From: Euglena gracilis
Lineage: Eukaryota
Reading direction: 5' to 3'
DNA length: 64,000 nucleotides
NCBI GenBank assembly: GCA_039621445.1
Contig: CP154954.1
Location: 39,703,816-39,767,815 of the forward strand
Part shown: in pieces, positions 60,028 through 64,000 of the stretch
How positions within the stretch are numbered: the first letter of the stretch is position 1
Layout: each line of letters opens with the position of its first letter
Translations under genes and position numbers: made by a program
Notes under the pieces: generated by a model
The model's database searches: none
Seen by the model: the letters and a program-made list of their open reading frames with translations, nothing else
What the model was told of the DNA's origin: nothing

Positions 60028-61205
60028 GATGCAACTCCTCACGGCCCTTTCCACACCGTCCGTGAAGCGGGAAAAAGCGGATTGGCGGTGAACCTTGCTA
60101 AGTGCAATCTGTTGGGCCCTGCCTTCACCTCAAAATTGTGGAAGTACCCCGCAGACAGACCACTTCGCCAAGTACCCATCGTGCCGCTTCTCAAGGATTC
60201 TGGCCTCGAAGTTGTCGGGATCCCACTCTGGCATCCGGAAGGCGATACATTTGACCGGCAGATTTGGAGTAATCGTGTGAACAGTGTTATGGAGGCATGC
60301 CAATCTCTTTCCAAGCTACCACAGGCGCATCTTCATTTCACTATTCTTCGATATTGCCTCACCTCTAGAAAAGTAAACGACCTTCTGCGAGCAGCCACAA
60401 ACACCCAGGGTCCACTGGAGTGTGCAGCATTCAGCACTATCCTACGGAACTGCTTTTGAAGGACTGCTTGGTGTCCCGTGCACACCACAACAACGGGAGC
60501 AAATCTGCCTACCAATTCGCTTGGGAGGCCTTGCCCTTTCATACCCCAGCCACATCCGCTTGAACGTTCGAATTGCTGGCTGAATTGCTGACATCGTTGA
60601 CTACTTTCGCCGCGGGCCAAAGACATTGGGAATACCATCAGCTTTCCCCCGTGCTCCTGCAGACACCCTGGATTGTTTGCGAGCCGCTTTCACCATCCTC
60701 GGAACCACAGGACCCCTTCCACAATGGCTCGGGGACTTGTCTCTTATCCAAAACACTTAGAGCCCCCACACCTCAGAAACCGGTCAACTTTCCACTGCGC
60801 GGCAAGCGTTGCTAACCCAAGAATTACCTGCACAGGATCAAGTTCGGTTTGCAAGCAAATGTCAGCCCCACATAATGGCGTGGGTTGCAGCAACACAAAG
60901 CACCGCCAAACAAACGCTCTTGCCTTCTGTGGAACTCGGCCGTCTCCTTCGGTGGAACATTGGCATATGCAGTTGAGCGACGTTGCTTCCACCAAAGGCT
61001 TGCACTGCCCAAAATGCTAGGGGATTGTGGATGTCACGGGTCATCACCTGTTGTGCTGCAATTCAACAAAAAAACGAGCAACGGGCGGATGACAATATTC
61101 GCCCCGGCGATGTGTTTTTTCCGCGACTGGACAGTGGCTATCTACCCCCCCCCGTTGTTCTAGCAGGGCTCTGAGGATGATGGACATCAGTGTGCGGCAT
61201 TCCTG
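60028..61205 (+). mobile_element. CRE-like LINE continuation: RT C-part, CCHC finger, restriction-like endonuclease start
   Basis: GLAVNLAKC, GLEVVGIPL, QICLPIRLGGLA (60500), CPKC*GIVDVTGHHLLCC (61006-61059), RPGD (61100), MDISVRH (61179). Confidence 0.85.
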
Positions 61206-61612
61206 GACTAGTCACCTGAAGCAGTCAATCAAGAAGGCATTGAGGCGCCGCCCCCGCCTTGCACAGGCAGCATCATATTTCCGGTGTTTTTCGGCGTCTT
61301 GCCTCTCCGGCCAGGCTAACAGCTAGGTGGTTCGTCCAAGAGGTGGCAACAACGCTAAACAGAAGCAGAGGCTGGCAAGGCCTCTCTCTGACACTAGCCA
61401 AAGAGATATAAAAACAACTTCTGTGTTGCTTTTACACTGAACAATCCACAAGTGCCGACACCTTTTTCACAGGCCCTCGCTCTCCCTACTCAAGCTAAAT
61501 GGACACCCCACTCCAAACTGTGCAAACAACGGCAAGCACGCCGCAACGGCGGGCAACAAACCTGAAACCTCAGCGCCAACACCGTTGTCCCAACAGAATA
61601 CAATCCAATACA

Positions 61613-61788
61613 AGTTTTCTGGGTGTCTCTTTGGGGTAACTTTTTCTTCCTCTTCCCTCTTATCCTTGATATTTGAATGCAATGAACTTGCCAGATTGGT
61701 ATGGATGAAGTGTTCAGGCTTGGAACCACCTGCAAAGGAGGCAGTCCCATTTTTAATTGAAATTAGGATCTTTCGCAAAGCAGAAGAT
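61613..61788. repeat. ~175-bp direct repeat (partner 63815-63990); possibly MULE transposase fragment on minus strand
   Basis: Sequence match is direct; HTNLASSLHSNIK only loosely resembles the MULE TNNxxESxHSxLK motif. Confidence 0.75.
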
Positions 61789-61944
61789 GCCGCGCTAAGT
61801 CTTTTTGGCCCCGCCTGGCGCCACCCCCTGGGGCCGCCCCCAACACTTCCCTCCCGGACCGCTTGCGTACCGCCTCCGCCAATACGAGGCGGCCCCAGGG
61901 AAGTGTTCGGGCCCCTTGGCCCCCGAAGCCTTCCGCTTCGGGGG

Positions 61945-62090
61945 GGGCCTCGGCCCATGTGGACCCGAGGCCTTGGGTTTTTAGGCCCCGAGGTCTTCGC
62001 CATCGGGGGGGGGGGGGTGTGGGGGGAGCCTCGGCCCCGTGGGCCCGAGGCCTTGGGTTTTTGGGCCCCGAGGTCTTCGACCTTGGGGGG
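61945..62090. repeat. Two tandem ~80-bp GC-rich units containing a GCCTCGG...CCGAGGC hairpin
   Basis: ccgaggccttgggttttt(a/g)ggccccgaggtcttcg occurs twice. Confidence 0.8.
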
Positions 62091-62230
62091 TGGTTGTGGT
62101 GGGTGGTGTGGGGGGTGGTGGCTTGGCGGTGTTTTTTTGGGAAGTAACATAGAGCGAATACTGAGTCTGGGGGTAAGCTCGTGGTCCAGGGTCCGCACAT
62201 CCAACAATGTCCAGGTAGCGAATGATGAAT

Positions 62231-62517
62231 GGGGGGGCAGGTAACATTGGAAGTTCACACCGCCACTCCCGAATCAAGATCCCAGGGCCACAATTCCATC
62301 ATCCAGGAGGGGGCAGGTAACGTGATGTTCACACTGCCACACACACACACCTGTTATTCATCCAAATCTGCCTCCAAACCGCATCGAATCGAAGACATGG
62401 GGCAGTCAACGCAAAGTCCACACCACCTCACTTGGTCATCCATTCTGCATATTTGATCCAATTCCACTGAATTGAAAATGGGGGGCAGGCAACCCTCAAA
62501 TCCACACCGCCACACTC
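62231..62517. repeat. Three copies of GGGGGCAGG(T/C)AAC...CACAC(C/T)GCCAC motif
   Basis: At ~62231, ~62309 and ~62480. Confidence 0.7.
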
Positions 62518-62920
62518 CAACCAACCCAACGACTCATCTTCAGCGACGGGCAGCCAAACCGCTCTGAGCACCCCCCCCCCCCAGGGGTGACGGGCCGTCG
62601 GTCCGCCCAGAGCATCCGACGACAATCGATATCCAACACCTGGAATTTTCAGACATTCTTTCTGTGCTGACGCAGGCCATTTCGTGCACCATTGAAAGAC
62701 ATTCTGAATCCTTCAATTTCTGATCGGGGATCTTGGACACTGGCTTCACAGAGGAGGGGGATCAGACTGGGAGGGGAGGGCAGGCAACGCTCGGTCCACA
62801 CCGCCTCATTCCCACGTCTCCGCGAACCACTGGCACCGCTGCCGACGGTATCTCCTCCTGCGGGCCTCGGAGAGTCCACCTTCATCTTCGTTTCTCCTGC
62901 GGGCTCGGGACGTTGCTCCT

Positions 62921-63400
62921 TCATCTGCTTGCTGGGGGCATGTCCTTCAGGGTCTCCTCCTGGAATCTTCGGTATCGGACCAAACACGCCCGGACTGGCC
63001 AACGCAATGGCCCAGTCGGCTGCATCTGGCCCGCTTGCTGGTCCCAGATCTCGAAGAACCGGATTCCTTCCTCGAAGATGATGAACTTCACTGTCATCTT
63101 CTGCAGCACTGGCCACCATGTAGTCGTACGCCACTCCGGTGCAATCAGCACCATCTCCTGCACTTGGTCCGCGATGATCTTGAGGATGACTTGGTTCATC
63201 AATGTCCATGGGGGATTGGCCCAGATCCTTTCCCATGTCCATGTCTTCGCAAATGCATTGTCCTCCTTCGTCCAGAATTTCTGCAATCTTGCATTTTCCC
63301 GTGATGCAAATGCTTCCTGCACACCTTCTCGCTGAATGTGGAACTTGTCCAGGATCAGGTCGACGAATTCCCAGCGAAAGGCTTACTCCTCCGAGATGTA
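62921..63400 (-). pseudogene. Second Dam/DIRS1-type DNA amino-methyltransferase with canonical NPPW
   Basis: EE*AFRWEFVDLILDKF...EAFASRENAR..KFWT..DNAF...W....IWANPPW..MNQVILKI..D...MVLIAPEWRTTTWWPVL; NPPW at 63206-63217; one in-frame TAA at 63383 separates it from the upstream acidic ORF. Confidence 0.88.
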
Positions 63401-63814
63401 CTGCCTCTTGATCCTTTTGCCTCCTCCTCTTGGTCTTGGCTGGGTCTCTGGCTCATCTACCTCGTAGTTCTCCTCATCTGCAGCTGGCCTTGACGCCGAT
63501 CCTTCTTCTCCAGATCTGGTCTCCATCACCACATTCTTCCTCCTGAATGGCTGCAATGGTTCTTCCGCTTCTTCTGCTGCATCTGCATATCTTGGAGCTG
63601 GACTGCTGAATTCTTCTTCTTCTTCGCCATTCCACACTGTCAATGCAGATCTCCAGTCTTCTTCGTGTAATCGGACACTCCATTTGCTCCAGCTCCAATC
63701 TGTCACTTCCTGCACTTTCTGAGATTCTTCTTCCGGCCTCCAACTGACATTCATCCCTCTTGCCTTGGAATTTTGGTAATCTGATCGTTGCATTCTGGCA
63801 AGCCTGATCACTTC

Positions 63815-63990
63815 AGTTTTCTGGGTGTCTCTTTGGGGTAACGTTTTCTTCCTTTTGCCTCCCATCCTTGATATTTGAATGCAATGAACTTGCCAGATTG
63901 GTATGGGTGAAGTGTTCAGGCCTGGAACCACCTGCAAAGGAGGCAGTCCCATATTTAATTGAAATTAAGATCTTCCGCAAAGCAGAAGAT
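63815..63990. repeat. Direct repeat of 61613-61788
   Basis: Direct comparison. Confidence 0.85.
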
Positions 63991-64000
63991 CCCGTGCTTG

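Overview
Repeat-dense eukaryotic DNA (host not identifiable from sequence alone) with no recognisable intact host gene. It is dominated by three copies of one lineage of large Ty3/Gypsy chromodomain LTR retrotransposons. Element A (~5620-18135, minus) is truncated and carries a near-identical 4478-bp internal tandem array. Element B (26367-42948, minus) is a complete 16.6-kb element with both LTRs, PBS and PPT, inserted in a 29-bp minisatellite. Element C (46730-56218, plus) is 5'-truncated and head-to-head with B. Main finding: the pol of B and C carries a Dam/DIRS1-type DNA amino-methyltransferase domain between protease and RT (Gag-PR-Cys-rich-MTase-RT-RNaseH-IN-chromodomain). A and B also carry a very large accessory ORF downstream of pol (~1840 codons reconstructed), which in B ends in an ADD/PHD-like all-Cys finger; this cassette is cleanly absent from C. 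A second, divergent MTase of the same family with a canonical NPPW motif lies at ~62921-63400. Also present: a split CRE-like RLE LINE, 2-kb inverted repeats, MITE-like elements, and micro- and minisatellites. All coding regions have stops or frameshifts. Domain calls are motif recognition by eye, not database hits.
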